From an uncultured Bacilli bacterium (GTDB lineage: Bacteria; Bacillota_I; Bacilli_A; RF39; UBA660): a DNA stretch of 61,080 nt. The first letter of the stretch is position 1; each line of letters begins with the position of its first letter. The notes under the pieces were generated by a model. The model had not been told where the DNA came from. It saw only the letters and a list, made by a program, of their open reading frames with translations, and did no database searches. Positions 48,394-58,228 of this stretch are shown here, in pieces. The stretch is taken from assembly GCA_947623935.1 (NCBI GenBank), contig CANQIE010000003.1, positions 1 to 61,080 on the forward strand, given 5' to 3'. The translations under genes were made by a program, and so were the position numbers.

Positions 48394-49677
48394 ATGTTTC
48401 AAACGATGAAGCAAATCTTTGCAAAAACGAATAAAGACTTGCGCAAAAGAATTTGGTTTACGTTAGGAGCCTTATTTATCTTTATCGTAGGTACGACTAT
48501 TCAAGTTCCTGGAACGACCAATATTACAGGAAACTTAGGATTCCTTGATCTAATTAACGTTATGGGTGGAGGAGCCTTAAGACAATTCTCTATCTTTGCT
48601 CTTGGTGTTATGCCTTACATTACGGCTACCATCATTATGCAACTACTAGAGATGGATATTGTTCCATATTTCAGTGAATTAGCAGATCAAGGACCAGTAG
48701 GTCGTCAAAAGATTAATCAAATTAGCCGTTATATGGGTATTGCTTTTGCCTTTATTGAAGGTTTTGCTTTCGCTTATGCGTTCATGGGTAAAACTGCAAC
48801 GACATTTGATTACTTATATGTTGCAACGGTATTAACCGCAGGTACTGCTTTCACTTTATGGTTAGGAGATCAAATTACACAAAAAGGAATTGGTAATGGC
48901 ATTTCGTTAATCATTATGGCTGGTATTATTGCCACCCTTCCACAAATGTTTATTGAAGCATTCCAAGGATTGGTATTAAATTCAAGCCTTAATCAAATTT
49001 TAGGAATTGTCTTATTTGTTGCTTTTGTAATCGTTTATTTCTTAATTATTATTGGTGTTATCTGGGTACAAGAAGCTGATCGTAAAGTACCTATTCAATA
49101 TGCGAATAAATCAACAACGGCCTTTGGTGGACAACAATCGTTTATTCCATTAAAGATCAATGCCGCAGGCGTTGTTCCAGTTATCTTCGCATCTACTTTA
49201 CTATCGATTCCTGCAGCGATAGCTCAATTTATGGGTAACGAAGGATTCCAAAACTTCGTCAATAGTTATTTATCTTATACAACCCCAGTTGGATTTATTA
49301 TCTATATTGTACTTATTTTCTTCTTTGGATATTTCTATACGTTTATTCAAATGAAACCGGATGATCTTGCTAAGAACTTACAAAATAATGGTGGTTATAT
49401 TCCAGGTGTTCGTCCCGGAAAAGATACCGAAAATTATATCAGTAAAGTATTATCAAGACTTACTGTAGTAGGTTCTATCTTCTTAATTATTATTGCAGGA
49501 CTTCCAATTCTATTCTCTGCACTTATTCATCTATTCCCAAATATTAATCTTTCTAGTAGTGTGACTATTGGAGGAACGGGATTATTAATCGTTGTAGGTG
49601 TAGCACTTGAAACGTATAAACAATTAGAAGGAAGCTTAGTTACAAGAAGTTATAAAAAAGGATACTCAAGAAGATGA
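48394..49677 (+). CDS. secY: Preprotein translocase subunit SecY
   Basis: FSIFALGVMPYI, GIGNG, IPGVRPG, GGTGLLIVVGV. Confidence 0.98.
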   Translation: MFQTMKQIFAKTNKDLRKRIWFTLGALFIFIVGTTIQVPGTTNITGNLGFLDLINVMGGGALRQFSIFALGVMPYITATIIMQLLEMDIVPYFSELADQGPVGRQKINQISRYMGIAFAFIEGFAFAYAFMGKTATTFDYLYVATVLTAGTAFTLWLGDQITQKGIGNGISLIIMAGIIATLPQMFIEAFQGLVLNSSLNQILGIVLFVAFVIVYFLIIIGVIWVQEADRKVPIQYANKSTTAFGGQQSFIPLKINAAGVVPVIFASTLLSIPAAIAQFMGNEGFQNFVNSYLSYTTPVGFIIYIVLIFFFGYFYTFIQMKPDDLAKNLQNNGGYIPGVRPGKDTENYISKVLSRLTVVGSIFLIIIAGLPILFSALIHLFPNINLSSSVTIGGTGLLIVVGVALETYKQLEGSLVTRSYKKGYSRR

Positions 49678-50333
49678 AAAACTTAATTTTAATTGCGATT
49701 CAAGGGGCTGGAAAAGGAACCCTTGCCAAAGAGTTAAGTAAAAAGTACGGTTATGTTCATATTTCCACAGGAGACCTCTTAAGAGAAAGAGCCATGGTAA
49801 GAGATGAGTTGGGGGATCAAATTAGAGATTTAATCGATCAAGGAAAGTTTGTTTCCGATGAAATTATATTCGATGCGATTTCTGATAAGATTACAAGTCC
49901 TGCTTGTCAAAATGGTTACATCTTAGATGGCTTTCCAAGAAATATGACCCAGGCCGTAGGATACGATGAACTTTTAAAGAAAGTAAATCAAGATATTGGA
50001 ATTGTGATTCATTTGACGGTTCCAGAAGAAATACTAGAAAGCCGCATCTTAGGAAGAAGAACTTGTCTAGAATGTGGAAGTATCTACAATATTTATAGCA
50101 AGGACTTTTGTCCTAAGGTGGAAGGTATTTGTGATAAGTGTGGAAGTACTTTAACCGCTAGGAAAGATGATAATCTCGAATCTTTAAAGAAGAGATTAGA
50201 AACCTATCATGAAGTAACGAAGCCCCTTATCGATTATTACAAAAATAAAGGAATTCTATACGAAGTCGAATCGGTCGATAGTAAAAAAACACTTATTAAA
50301 GTGGATAAGATTTTAGAAGAATTAGGTGATTAA
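49674..50333 (+). CDS. adk: Adenylate kinase (Zn-lid type)
   Basis: GAGKGT, ISTGDLLR, LDGFPR, CLEC..CDKC lid. Confidence 0.96.
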   Translation: MKNLILIAIQGAGKGTLAKELSKKYGYVHISTGDLLRERAMVRDELGDQIRDLIDQGKFVSDEIIFDAISDKITSPACQNGYILDGFPRNMTQAVGYDELLKKVNQDIGIVIHLTVPEEILESRILGRRTCLECGSIYNIYSKDFCPKVEGICDKCGSTLTARKDDNLESLKKRLETYHEVTKPLIDYYKNKGILYEVESVDSKKTLIKVDKILEELGD

Positions 50334-51081
50334 ATTGATTAGTCTAAAAAGCGATCGAGAAATAGAATTATTAAGAAAAGCTGGTCATATTGTTTACTTG
50401 ACCCATCAATATTTAATTCCCTTTGTCAAAGAAGGAATTACAACGAAGGAATTAGACCGTTTAGCTGAAGACTTTATAAGAAGTCAAGGGGCTACGCCTT
50501 CTTTTAAGGGATACGAAGGATTTCCTGCTACCTTATGTACAAGCGTCAATCAAGAAGTGGTACATGGTATTCCAGGAAACTATAAATTAAAAAATGGAGA
50601 TATTATCTCTATCGATATCGGTGCTTGCTATAAAGGCTATCATGGAGATTCTGCTTGGACGTATGCCGTAGGTGAAATTAGTGATGAGAAAAAGTATCTG
50701 ATGGAACATACGAAAAAAGCCTTGTTCGAAGGACTTGCTCAAGTGAAACCAGGAAATCGTATTGGTGATATAGGTCATGCGATTGAGGTGTATGCGAAAG
50801 CACATCACTTAGGTGTAGTCGAAGAATTAGTAGGACATGGCGTAGGTACCAATGTACATGAAGAACCAGATGTTCCTAATTATGGAAAAGCAGGAACGGG
50901 CCCTCTTTTACGAGAAGGCATGGTGATTGCTGTTGAACCTATGTTGAACTTAGGGAGTAAAGATATCGTAATCTTAGATAATGATTGGACCATCGAAACG
51001 GAAGACGGAAGACCTTCTGCTCATTTTGAACACACGGTTGCCGTTACCAAAGATGGCTACCAAATATTAACAGGAGAGTGA
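50326..51081 (+). CDS. map: Methionine aminopeptidase type I
   Basis: [28 protein letters not shown]. Confidence 0.97.
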   Translation: MIKLISLKSDREIELLRKAGHIVYLTHQYLIPFVKEGITTKELDRLAEDFIRSQGATPSFKGYEGFPATLCTSVNQEVVHGIPGNYKLKNGDIISIDIGACYKGYHGDSAWTYAVGEISDEKKYLMEHTKKALFEGLAQVKPGNRIGDIGHAIEVYAKAHHLGVVEELVGHGVGTNVHEEPDVPNYGKAGTGPLLREGMVIAVEPMLNLGSKDIVILDNDWTIETEDGRPSAHFEHTVAVTKDGYQILTGE

Positions 51082-51085
51082 GAAT

Positions 51086-51301
51086 ATGGCTAAAGAAGAT
51101 ACCATTGAAGTCGAAGGAAAAGTACTTGAAATTATTCCCGGTGGAAAATTTAAAGTCGAACTCGTCAATGGGCATATGATAGAAGCTCACGTTTCTGGTA
51201 AAATCCGAATGAATTACATTCGCATTTTACCGGGGGACACAGTAACGATAGAATTATCGCCATACGATTTAACACGTGGGCGTATAACCTATAGGAAATA
51301 G
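51086..51301 (+). CDS. infA: Translation initiation factor IF-1
   Basis: [23 protein letters not shown]. Confidence 0.98.
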   Translation: MAKEDTIEVEGKVLEIIPGGKFKVELVNGHMIEAHVSGKIRMNYIRILPGDTVTIELSPYDLTRGRITYRK

Positions 51302-51311
51302 GAGGGATATT

Positions 51312-51425
51312 ATGAAAGTTAAACCATCTGTAAAACCAATTTGCGCAAAATGTAAAATTATTAAGCGCCATGGAAGAGTAATGATTATTTGCTCTAATCC
51401 AAAACACAAACAAAGACAAGGATAA
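51312..51425 (+). CDS. rpmJ: 50S ribosomal protein L36 (not in ORF track)
   Basis: Manual translation [45 protein letters not shown]. Confidence 0.97.
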   Translation: MKVKPSVKPICAKCKIIKRHGRVMIICSNPKHKQRQG

Positions 51426-51440
51426 TAGGAGGTGTAAGAT

Positions 51441-51806
51441 ATGGCACGTATTAAAGGTGTAGACATTCCCAATGATAAACAAGTAGGAATTTCATTAACT
51501 TATATCTATGGTATTGGAAGAAGTCTAGGAAAGAAAATTGCAATGGATGCAAAAGTAGATCCAATGAAGAAAGTGGCAGATCTTGATAACGATGAATTGA
51601 ATCGTATCCGTGATGAAGTTAATAAACACATGGTAGAAGGAGACTTACGTCGTGAAGTTTCTATGAACATCAAGACGAAAATGGAAATTAATTCTTATCA
51701 AGGTACTCGTCATAAAAAAGGTCTTCCTGTAAGAGGGCAGAGAACCAACCGTAATGCAAGAACGCGTAAAGGTAAAGGTAAGACTGTTGCTAACAAGAAG
51801 AAATAA
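51441..51806 (+). CDS. rpsM: 30S ribosomal protein S13
   Basis: [23 protein letters not shown]. Confidence 0.98.
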   Translation: MARIKGVDIPNDKQVGISLTYIYGIGRSLGKKIAMDAKVDPMKKVADLDNDELNRIRDEVNKHMVEGDLRREVSMNIKTKMEINSYQGTRHKKGLPVRGQRTNRNARTRKGKGKTVANKKK

Positions 51807-51837
51807 TATTAAGTATTTATAAAAAGGAGGTAAGAAT

Positions 51838-52221
51838 ATGGCTTACAAATCGAGAAAAAGAAAAGTAAAGAAAAATGTTCCTGAAGGAATCGCACATATT
51901 CATTCAACATTTAATAATACGATTACGACGATTACCGATAAAGAAGGTAATGCAATCTCTTGGGCATCAAGTGGTGCTTTAGGATTTAAAGGAAGTAAAA
52001 AATCAACTCCATTTGCGGCTGGTCTTGCTGCCGAGGCTGCAGGAAAAGCTGCTTATGATTTAGGCATGAGAAAAGTTGAAGTATATGTTAGAGGTTTGGG
52101 ACCAGGACGTGAAACAGCTATTCGTTCTTTACAAACCGCGGGATTAGAAGTAACGGCTATTACCGATGTTACTCCAATTCCACATAATGGATGTCGTCCA
52201 CCAAAACGCCCACGTGGATAA
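51838..52221 (+). CDS. rpsK: 30S ribosomal protein S11
   Basis: [24 protein letters not shown]. Confidence 0.98.
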   Translation: MAYKSRKRKVKKNVPEGIAHIHSTFNNTITTITDKEGNAISWASSGALGFKGSKKSTPFAAGLAAEAAGKAAYDLGMRKVEVYVRGLGPGRETAIRSLQTAGLEVTAITDVTPIPHNGCRPPKRPRG

Positions 52222-52239
52222 AATAAGGAGGGAAGTTTC

Positions 52240-53190
52240 ATGTTACAATTTGAAAAACCAGTCTATAAAATAACGGACTATGTAGAAAGTAATTTTTTTG
52301 GAAAGTTTGAATTAGAACCCCTTGAAAGAGGATTTGGAACCACTCTTGGTAATGCTTTAAGAAGAGTAATGTTATCTTCTCTTCCTGGAAGCGCTATTTC
52401 AAGTGTTAAAATCGAAGGGGTATCTCATGAATTCCAAACCATCGATGGAGTTATCGAAGATGTAGCACTTATCATTCTTAACTTAAAAGGAATTGTTATT
52501 AAGAACCATTCTGAAGAGTCTAAGACGATTCGTTTAAATGCTACTAAAGAAGGAGTTGTTAAGGCTTCCGATATTGAGCATGATGCCGATATCGAAATCA
52601 TGAACCCAGATCAAGAAATCGCAACTCTTGCAAAAGGCGGAAAATTAGTCATGGAAATGACCGTTACCAATGGACGCGGTTATGTAAGAAGCGAAGAAAA
52701 TAAGAAATTATTAGATAATAAGAAAATGGGAACGATTGCCATTGACTCTTTATATTCTCCAATTGAGAGAGTATCTTATGAAGTAGAACCTGCTCGTGTT
52801 GGACAAAATGAAAATTACGACCGTTTAATTTTAAATGTATGGACCAATGGTTCAATGAAACCAGAAGAAGCAGTAGCACTTGCATCTCGTATCTTAATTG
52901 AACACTTTGAATTACTTACCGATTTAAGTAGCATTGCTGATATGACCGGTCTTATGATTGAAAAGACAGAAGATCCTAAAGTAAAAGCTTTAGAGACGAC
53001 CATCGAAGACTTGGATTTCTCAGTTCGTGCATACAACTGCTTGAAAAGAGCAGGCATTCATACCTTACAAGATTTAGTTAATAAGTCTGAAAATGATATG
53101 ATGAAGATTCGTAATCTAGGAAAGAAATCTCTTAAAGAAGTCTTAGACAAGATTAGAGAACTTGGACTAGCTTTACGTGAAGATGACTAG
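52240..53190 (+). CDS. rpoA: RNA polymerase alpha subunit
   Basis: EPLERGFGTTLGNALRR, SVRAYNCLKR, RNLGKKS. Confidence 0.98.
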   Translation: MLQFEKPVYKITDYVESNFFGKFELEPLERGFGTTLGNALRRVMLSSLPGSAISSVKIEGVSHEFQTIDGVIEDVALIILNLKGIVIKNHSEESKTIRLNATKEGVVKASDIEHDADIEIMNPDQEIATLAKGGKLVMEMTVTNGRGYVRSEENKKLLDNKKMGTIAIDSLYSPIERVSYEVEPARVGQNENYDRLILNVWTNGSMKPEEAVALASRILIEHFELLTDLSSIADMTGLMIEKTEDPKVKALETTIEDLDFSVRAYNCLKRAGIHTLQDLVNKSENDMMKIRNLGKKSLKEVLDKIRELGLALREDD

Positions 53191-53211
53191 AAGGAAGGAG
53201 AAGCGATTAGA

Positions 53212-53556
53212 ATGGCCTATAGAAAATTAGGACGCGTAAGCAAACATAGAAAATCTATGTTAGCAAACCTAACCATTGATTTAATTAATAACGAAAAGAT
53301 TGAAACGACAGAAACGCGTGCAAAAGAAGTTCGTAAGTTCTTAGATAAAATGGTTACGTATGGTAAAAAAGGCGATTTAGTATCGCGTAGAAAGGCAATC
53401 GCTTTTCTACACAACGATAGCGAAGTCGTAAAGAAAGTATTTGATGATTTAGCTGTTCGATACAAAGATCGTAACGGTGGATACACTAGAATTTTAAAGA
53501 TGACTGAACGTAAGGGCGATGATGCCTTAATGGTTATCTTAGAATTAGTAAAATAG
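53212..53556 (+). CDS. rplQ: 50S ribosomal protein L17
   Basis: [24 protein letters not shown]. Confidence 0.98.
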   Translation: MAYRKLGRVSKHRKSMLANLTIDLINNEKIETTETRAKEVRKFLDKMVTYGKKGDLVSRRKAIAFLHNDSEVVKKVFDDLAVRYKDRNGGYTRILKMTERKGDDALMVILELVK

Positions 53557-53591
53557 GACCTTTTCATAAAGGTTCTTTTTTTGTCTTTTTC

Positions 53592-53620
53592 TTGACGAAA
53601 AGAGATCCTTTATCTATAAT
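53592..53620 (+). promoter_or_regulatory. sigmaA promoter of the five-gene paralog array
   Basis: TTGACG-17 bp-TATAAT downstream of the rplQ terminator. Confidence 0.7.
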
Positions 53621-53656
53621 AAAAAGTTATCAGATTAGGGGATTGGAGGGATTTTG

Positions 53657-54532
53657 ATGAACGAGATAGAATTAACTTTACTCGAAGAAGAACAACTGGT
53701 TGGAAGTGACAAATGCGATTGCTTGGATCTTTTTAAACATACCAGCGTAGAAAGAGGATGTACGGATTATTGTATTCTTACTGGAGCTTCTTCGATTCCT
53801 ATGCGTATTAATGGTCAATTGGATTATAGTAAAAAGTCTATTCCTTTTTGGACTAAATCAGGATTTGGGGGTGAAGTGGTACGTGTTTGTCATCATCAAA
53901 AAATAGAGACGATCATTGTATATGATGATTATGTTTCGATTGTTCCTGTTTTTAAAGTGGATCCTCATTTGCTATCTACTCTTCCTCAAGTAAAGAATAA
54001 CGGTATTATAGAAGTTCAATATGGAGAATATCCCTCCTTTATAGTGGAAGAAGAACTCTTTAGTAAGTTAGAAACAGCCCTCCAGGAAGGAAAATTGAGT
54101 GAGACAGGGAAAGTTTATACGAAAGATCCAATTCCTCGAATGTTTTGTAATAGAATTCCCACTTTAACCGAATTTCTTTATGGAGGAAAAAAATATATTC
54201 GACTAAAAATGGATAGGGATAGATGGGGACATCTTTCCAACGGAGTAATTGTTCAAAAAGGAATAGTTTATTGGCTAAAAGTAGAACCTATTGTTTGGCA
54301 ATACGATGCTCCATCGGGTTTTCTTATCTCTAAAACAGGTTTAGTCTCAGGCGTTCCTTTTTGTGATGAACCTACTAACTCTATTGAAGATGCCTATATG
54401 TATCATTATTTAAATACCTATCTTGCAAAAGAAATCATTCCTTCTCAAATGGTAGAAGACAAATCAAGTGTATTTGATAACAATGAGTCCTTAAAAAAAT
54501 ACGTTTATAAAAACTATGGAAAGAAGAGATAG
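53657..54532 (+). CDS. DUF6273-like paralog 1 of 5
   Basis: TDYCILTG, YGEYP, YWLKVEPIVW, LVSG, tail LKKYVYKNYG; family label from memory. Confidence 0.6.
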   Translation: MNEIELTLLEEEQLVGSDKCDCLDLFKHTSVERGCTDYCILTGASSIPMRINGQLDYSKKSIPFWTKSGFGGEVVRVCHHQKIETIIVYDDYVSIVPVFKVDPHLLSTLPQVKNNGIIEVQYGEYPSFIVEEELFSKLETALQEGKLSETGKVYTKDPIPRMFCNRIPTLTEFLYGGKKYIRLKMDRDRWGHLSNGVIVQKGIVYWLKVEPIVWQYDAPSGFLISKTGLVSGVPFCDEPTNSIEDAYMYHYLNTYLAKEIIPSQMVEDKSSVFDNNESLKKYVYKNYGKKR

Positions 54533-54533
54533 C

Positions 54534-55448
54534 ATGGACAATTTTGAATTAAGATTTTTAACCAAAGAAGAAATTTATGTGAATCAGTATGATGAAGATG
54601 AAACCACAGCTCTTGATGTATTACAAAAATATTGTACTGGTGTTGCTGCTAGGAATACGGACTTTTCTTGTTTAACGGGAGGATTACGTTCAGGGAGCAG
54701 TGCTTTTTATTATCTTGAATCCAATTATTCAAATGGTAGATTTTATTTTATGGGTGACTATGCTAATTATAATTCTTGTGATCAATATCAATTGGTTGAA
54801 AGTTACAAAGGACATCTACCTATTCGTCCTGTTCTTTATTTTCCAAATAGAAAAGTAAGTAAAGAGAATTTAAATTTTGATTGGGAACAAAAAATCTATT
54901 GGTGGGAGTATGGAGAATATCCTCAATTTGTTTTGGATGGGAATAATGCACTAGAACGAAACATAATCGAAGTTTTAAATCAAAAACTTTGTATGCAATC
55001 TTTGGATAAAACAGGAAAAACCTATTGCTTCTATCAAAGTAAAAAGAATGCTCCTTGTTCTATAAACTATGTAAGTGAATATGTTTATGAAGGAAAGAAA
55101 TATGTTCCTTTGGTAGCGAATGGCATAAAGACGGGAGCCTTGCTTTCTACCGGCGAGAAGATTGTAGATTTTAAACTTTATTGGTTAAAAGTAGAGCCTA
55201 TTGTTTGGCTATATGATGAAGAAAAGGACCTTTTTATTTCGGAACATGCACTTGTTTCAGGGCCTAGTTTCGATTTTGTCAAAAAAGGAGATGGCTTTGA
55301 AGCAACAGAGATGTACGAATATATCCATAATCATTTGAAACGAGATATCATCCCATCTCGTGTTATGGAAGAAGATAAATCAAGTTTATTAGATAGCAGT
55401 AAAACTTTAAAAAAGTATGTTTATAAAAACTATGGAAGAAGAGGATAA
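54534..55448 (+). CDS. DUF6273-like paralog 2 of 5
   Basis: Same motifs; start moved to ATG 54534 (MDNFELR). Confidence 0.6.
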   Translation: MDNFELRFLTKEEIYVNQYDEDETTALDVLQKYCTGVAARNTDFSCLTGGLRSGSSAFYYLESNYSNGRFYFMGDYANYNSCDQYQLVESYKGHLPIRPVLYFPNRKVSKENLNFDWEQKIYWWEYGEYPQFVLDGNNALERNIIEVLNQKLCMQSLDKTGKTYCFYQSKKNAPCSINYVSEYVYEGKKYVPLVANGIKTGALLSTGEKIVDFKLYWLKVEPIVWLYDEEKDLFISEHALVSGPSFDFVKKGDGFEATEMYEYIHNHLKRDIIPSRVMEEDKSSLLDSSKTLKKYVYKNYGRRG

Positions 55449-55449
55449 C

Positions 55450-56343
55450 ATGGACGATTTTGAATTAAGATTACTAACTAAGGAAGAAGCTTATATAGAT
55501 GATGAAGATGAAAATGAGACTACAGCACTTGAAGTATTACGAAAAAAGGATAATGTATCTGCTGACAACACCGATTTATCTTGTTTGACGGGAAGTTATA
55601 CAGATGCAAATGATACATCTTTTTATAGTCTTCAACCTGATTTAAGTCATAAAAAATTTTATTATGTGGATGATGATTGTTATATTGATGATAAAGAATT
55701 CTATAGTAGGTTTAATGCTGTTCGTCCTGTTCTCTATTTCTTAAATTCAACCGCTTATCGGGACCACCTCATTTATGATAAGCATAGATTGACCAGACTC
55801 AAATATGGAGAATATCCTCAATATGTTTTAAATGAGAACTCAAATGAAAAGAAAATAATGAATGAATTAAATAAAAAACTCATAGAGCAAACTTTAACCA
55901 AAACAGGAAAAACGTATTGCTTTTATTACGGGGAAAGTGGTAAACGACCTTCTATGTGTTATGGAATAGAGTATCTCTATAAAGGAAAAAAATATATGCC
56001 ATTTATATCAACAATTTATCAGGGAGCCGATATTTATCTTTCTACAGGAGATACTATTGATCCGTATAGAATTTATTGGTTAAAAGTAGAACCCATCACG
56101 TGGTTATATGATGAAAATACAGCACTTTTTATTTCAGAAAAGGCTTTAGTTTCAGGAGTAGGATTTGAATTTGTAAAAAAAGGAAATAATTATGAAGCAA
56201 CCGAAATGTATGAATTTTTAAATATGCATTTGAAACAAGATATTATTCCATCCCGTATTATAAAAGAAGATAAATCCAGTTTATTAGATGGTAGTGAGTC
56301 TTTAAAAAAATACGTTTATAAAAACTATGGAAGAAGAGGATAA
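55450..56343 (+). CDS. DUF6273-like paralog 3 of 5
   Basis: Same motifs; start moved to ATG 55450 (MDDFELR). Confidence 0.6.
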   Translation: MDDFELRLLTKEEAYIDDEDENETTALEVLRKKDNVSADNTDLSCLTGSYTDANDTSFYSLQPDLSHKKFYYVDDDCYIDDKEFYSRFNAVRPVLYFLNSTAYRDHLIYDKHRLTRLKYGEYPQYVLNENSNEKKIMNELNKKLIEQTLTKTGKTYCFYYGESGKRPSMCYGIEYLYKGKKYMPFISTIYQGADIYLSTGDTIDPYRIYWLKVEPITWLYDENTALFISEKALVSGVGFEFVKKGNNYEATEMYEFLNMHLKQDIIPSRIIKEDKSSLLDGSESLKKYVYKNYGRRG

Positions 56344-56344
56344 G

Positions 56345-57256
56345 ATGGATGACTTTGAACTAAGAATCTTAAAAAGAGAAGAAGTTTCAACAAAGACATC
56401 TCTTGAAGTGTTTAAAAGAGAAGAAGTTTCAACAAAGACATCTCTTGAAGTGTTTAAAAGAAATGATCCGGTTTTTACTACCAACACTGATTTGGCTATT
56501 TTAACGGGAGGAGCTACTTATGTAGATGATATAGGTTATTATAGTCTTCAACCTGATTTGAAAAAGAAAGAATTTTATTATATGGATGTAGGACATCATT
56601 ATGTCAATGTAGGAAATGCCCATCATCGAGTAGAATCTGTTCGCCCTGTTTTACATTTTATTAATTCAACTGCTTATCGAAATAACCTATTTTATGATGA
56701 AAATAAAATACCCAAACTTCAATTTGGAGAATATCCTCAATATGTTTTGAAAAGCAATGATGCAAAAATAGTGAACGAATTGAATGAAAAACTGATGGAT
56801 CAAACGTTGAAGAAAACGGGAAAGAAGTATTGCTTTTATTATGGAGAGGACGATAAACCAGCTTCCATTCGTTATGGAATAGAGTATTTTTATAACGATA
56901 AAAAATATATGCCATTTACAGCCATCGTCTATAACTCTCCCAATAGGAGACGTCTTTCTATCGGGGAGATTTGTCCTTCTAGAATTTATTGGCTAAAAGT
57001 AGAACCTATTACGTGGTTATATGATGAAGAAACGGATCTTTTTATAGCTGAAAAAGCGTTAGTTGCAGGAGTAGGATTAGGACTTATAAAAGAGGGAAAT
57101 GATTTTGAATCCACAGAAATGTATGAATTTCTAAATACGCATATGAAGCAGGATATGCTTCCATTCCAAGGAGATAAATCCAATTTATTAGATGAAAGTG
57201 AATCTTTAAAAAAATATGTGTATAAAAACTATGGAAGGAAGAGGCAATATGGATGA
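56345..57256 (+). CDS. DUF6273-like paralog 4 of 5
   Basis: Same motifs; start moved to ATG 56345; internal 14-aa duplication. Confidence 0.6.
   Translation: MDDFELRILKREEVSTKTSLEVFKREEVSTKTSLEVFKRNDPVFTTNTDLAILTGGATYVDDIGYYSLQPDLKKKEFYYMDVGHHYVNVGNAHHRVESVRPVLHFINSTAYRNNLFYDENKIPKLQFGEYPQYVLKSNDAKIVNELNEKLMDQTLKKTGKKYCFYYGEDDKPASIRYGIEYFYNDKKYMPFTAIVYNSPNRRRLSIGEICPSRIYWLKVEPITWLYDEETDLFIAEKALVAGVGLGLIKEGNDFESTEMYEFLNTHMKQDMLPFQGDKSNLLDESESLKKYVYKNYGRKRQYG
56372..56455 (+). repeat. Perfect 42-bp tandem duplication (in frame, KREEVSTKTSLEVF x2)
   Basis: 56372-56413 identical to 56414-56455, plus 6 nt of a third unit. Confidence 0.92.
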
Positions 57257-58154
57257 CTTTGAACTAAGACTCTTAACGAAAGAAGAAGTTTATGTAGATA
57301 AGTATGACTCTACTAAGACTACGGCTCTTAAGGTATTACAAAACTATGGTAATGTTTGTGCTCAAAGTACCGATTTAGCTTGCTTAGCAGGAGGAATTGA
57401 TTCTTATAATGAAACCATGGCTGAGTACTGGCTTCAACCGAATCTAGAGAAGAAAGAATTTTATTATTTAAATAGTGATGGTGAAGTTAAAAAAGCATCT
57501 AGTAATTGTAGAGATAATTCTATTCGTTTAGTTTTACGGTTCTTAGATAAGAAAGTGGATGAGTATGATTTGCATTTTACTTCTATTAATGGAGGACTTT
57601 ACTGGTTCGAATTTGGCGAATATCCACAATATATTTTGAGTGCTCATCACATAAAACTGATTAATGAATTAAATACCAAGTTCTGTGAACAAAAGTTGCA
57701 ACTTACCGGAAAAGGCTATTGCTTTTACTATGGGAGGGATAAAGAGGCTTCCATGCGTTATATGGCAGAGTATCAATACAATGGAGCAAAGTATATACCC
57801 TTTATACCCTTTACCACGTCTTCTCATTTATCAAAATCTCTTTCTACAGGCGTGGATGTAGATTTTGAAAAAATGTATTGGTTAAAAGTTGATCCTATTA
57901 TTTGGTTGTACGATGAAGAGACAGGATTATGTGTATCTGAAAATGCCCTTGTTGCAGGCGCAGGTTTCGACTTTGTCAAAGGAGGAGGAAGTATGGAATC
58001 TACCGAGATGTATCAATATTTAAATATCCATTTGAAACAAGACATCCTTCCATCTGGTGCTATGAAAGAGAATAAGTCAAATGTACTCGATAGTAATTCT
58101 TCTTTGAAAAAATACGTTTATAAACAGTATGGAAAGAAATCGAATGTAAAGTAA
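57249..58154 (+). CDS. DUF6273-like paralog 5 of 5
   Basis: Same motifs; start moved to ATG 57249. Confidence 0.6.
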   Translation: MDDFELRLLTKEEVYVDKYDSTKTTALKVLQNYGNVCAQSTDLACLAGGIDSYNETMAEYWLQPNLEKKEFYYLNSDGEVKKASSNCRDNSIRLVLRFLDKKVDEYDLHFTSINGGLYWFEFGEYPQYILSAHHIKLINELNTKFCEQKLQLTGKGYCFYYGRDKEASMRYMAEYQYNGAKYIPFIPFTTSSHLSKSLSTGVDVDFEKMYWLKVDPIIWLYDEETGLCVSENALVAGAGFDFVKGGGSMESTEMYQYLNIHLKQDILPSGAMKENKSNVLDSNSSLKKYVYKQYGKKSNVK

Positions 58155-58228
58155 CCAGTAAATAGAAGAACAGTTATCCTATGTTCTTCTTTTCTTATGG
58201 TATAATGATTTTAAGGTAGGTAAGTAGT

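Noticed and set aside
51165-51482. Minus-strand ORFs over infA-rpsM
   Set aside because: Antisense shadows of infA and the real rpmJ gene at 51312-51425.
53657-58154. CRISPR-like array suggested by the regularly spaced ~45-bp repeats
   Set aside because: Spacing is about 900 bp and the repeats are coding C-termini; no cas genes are present.
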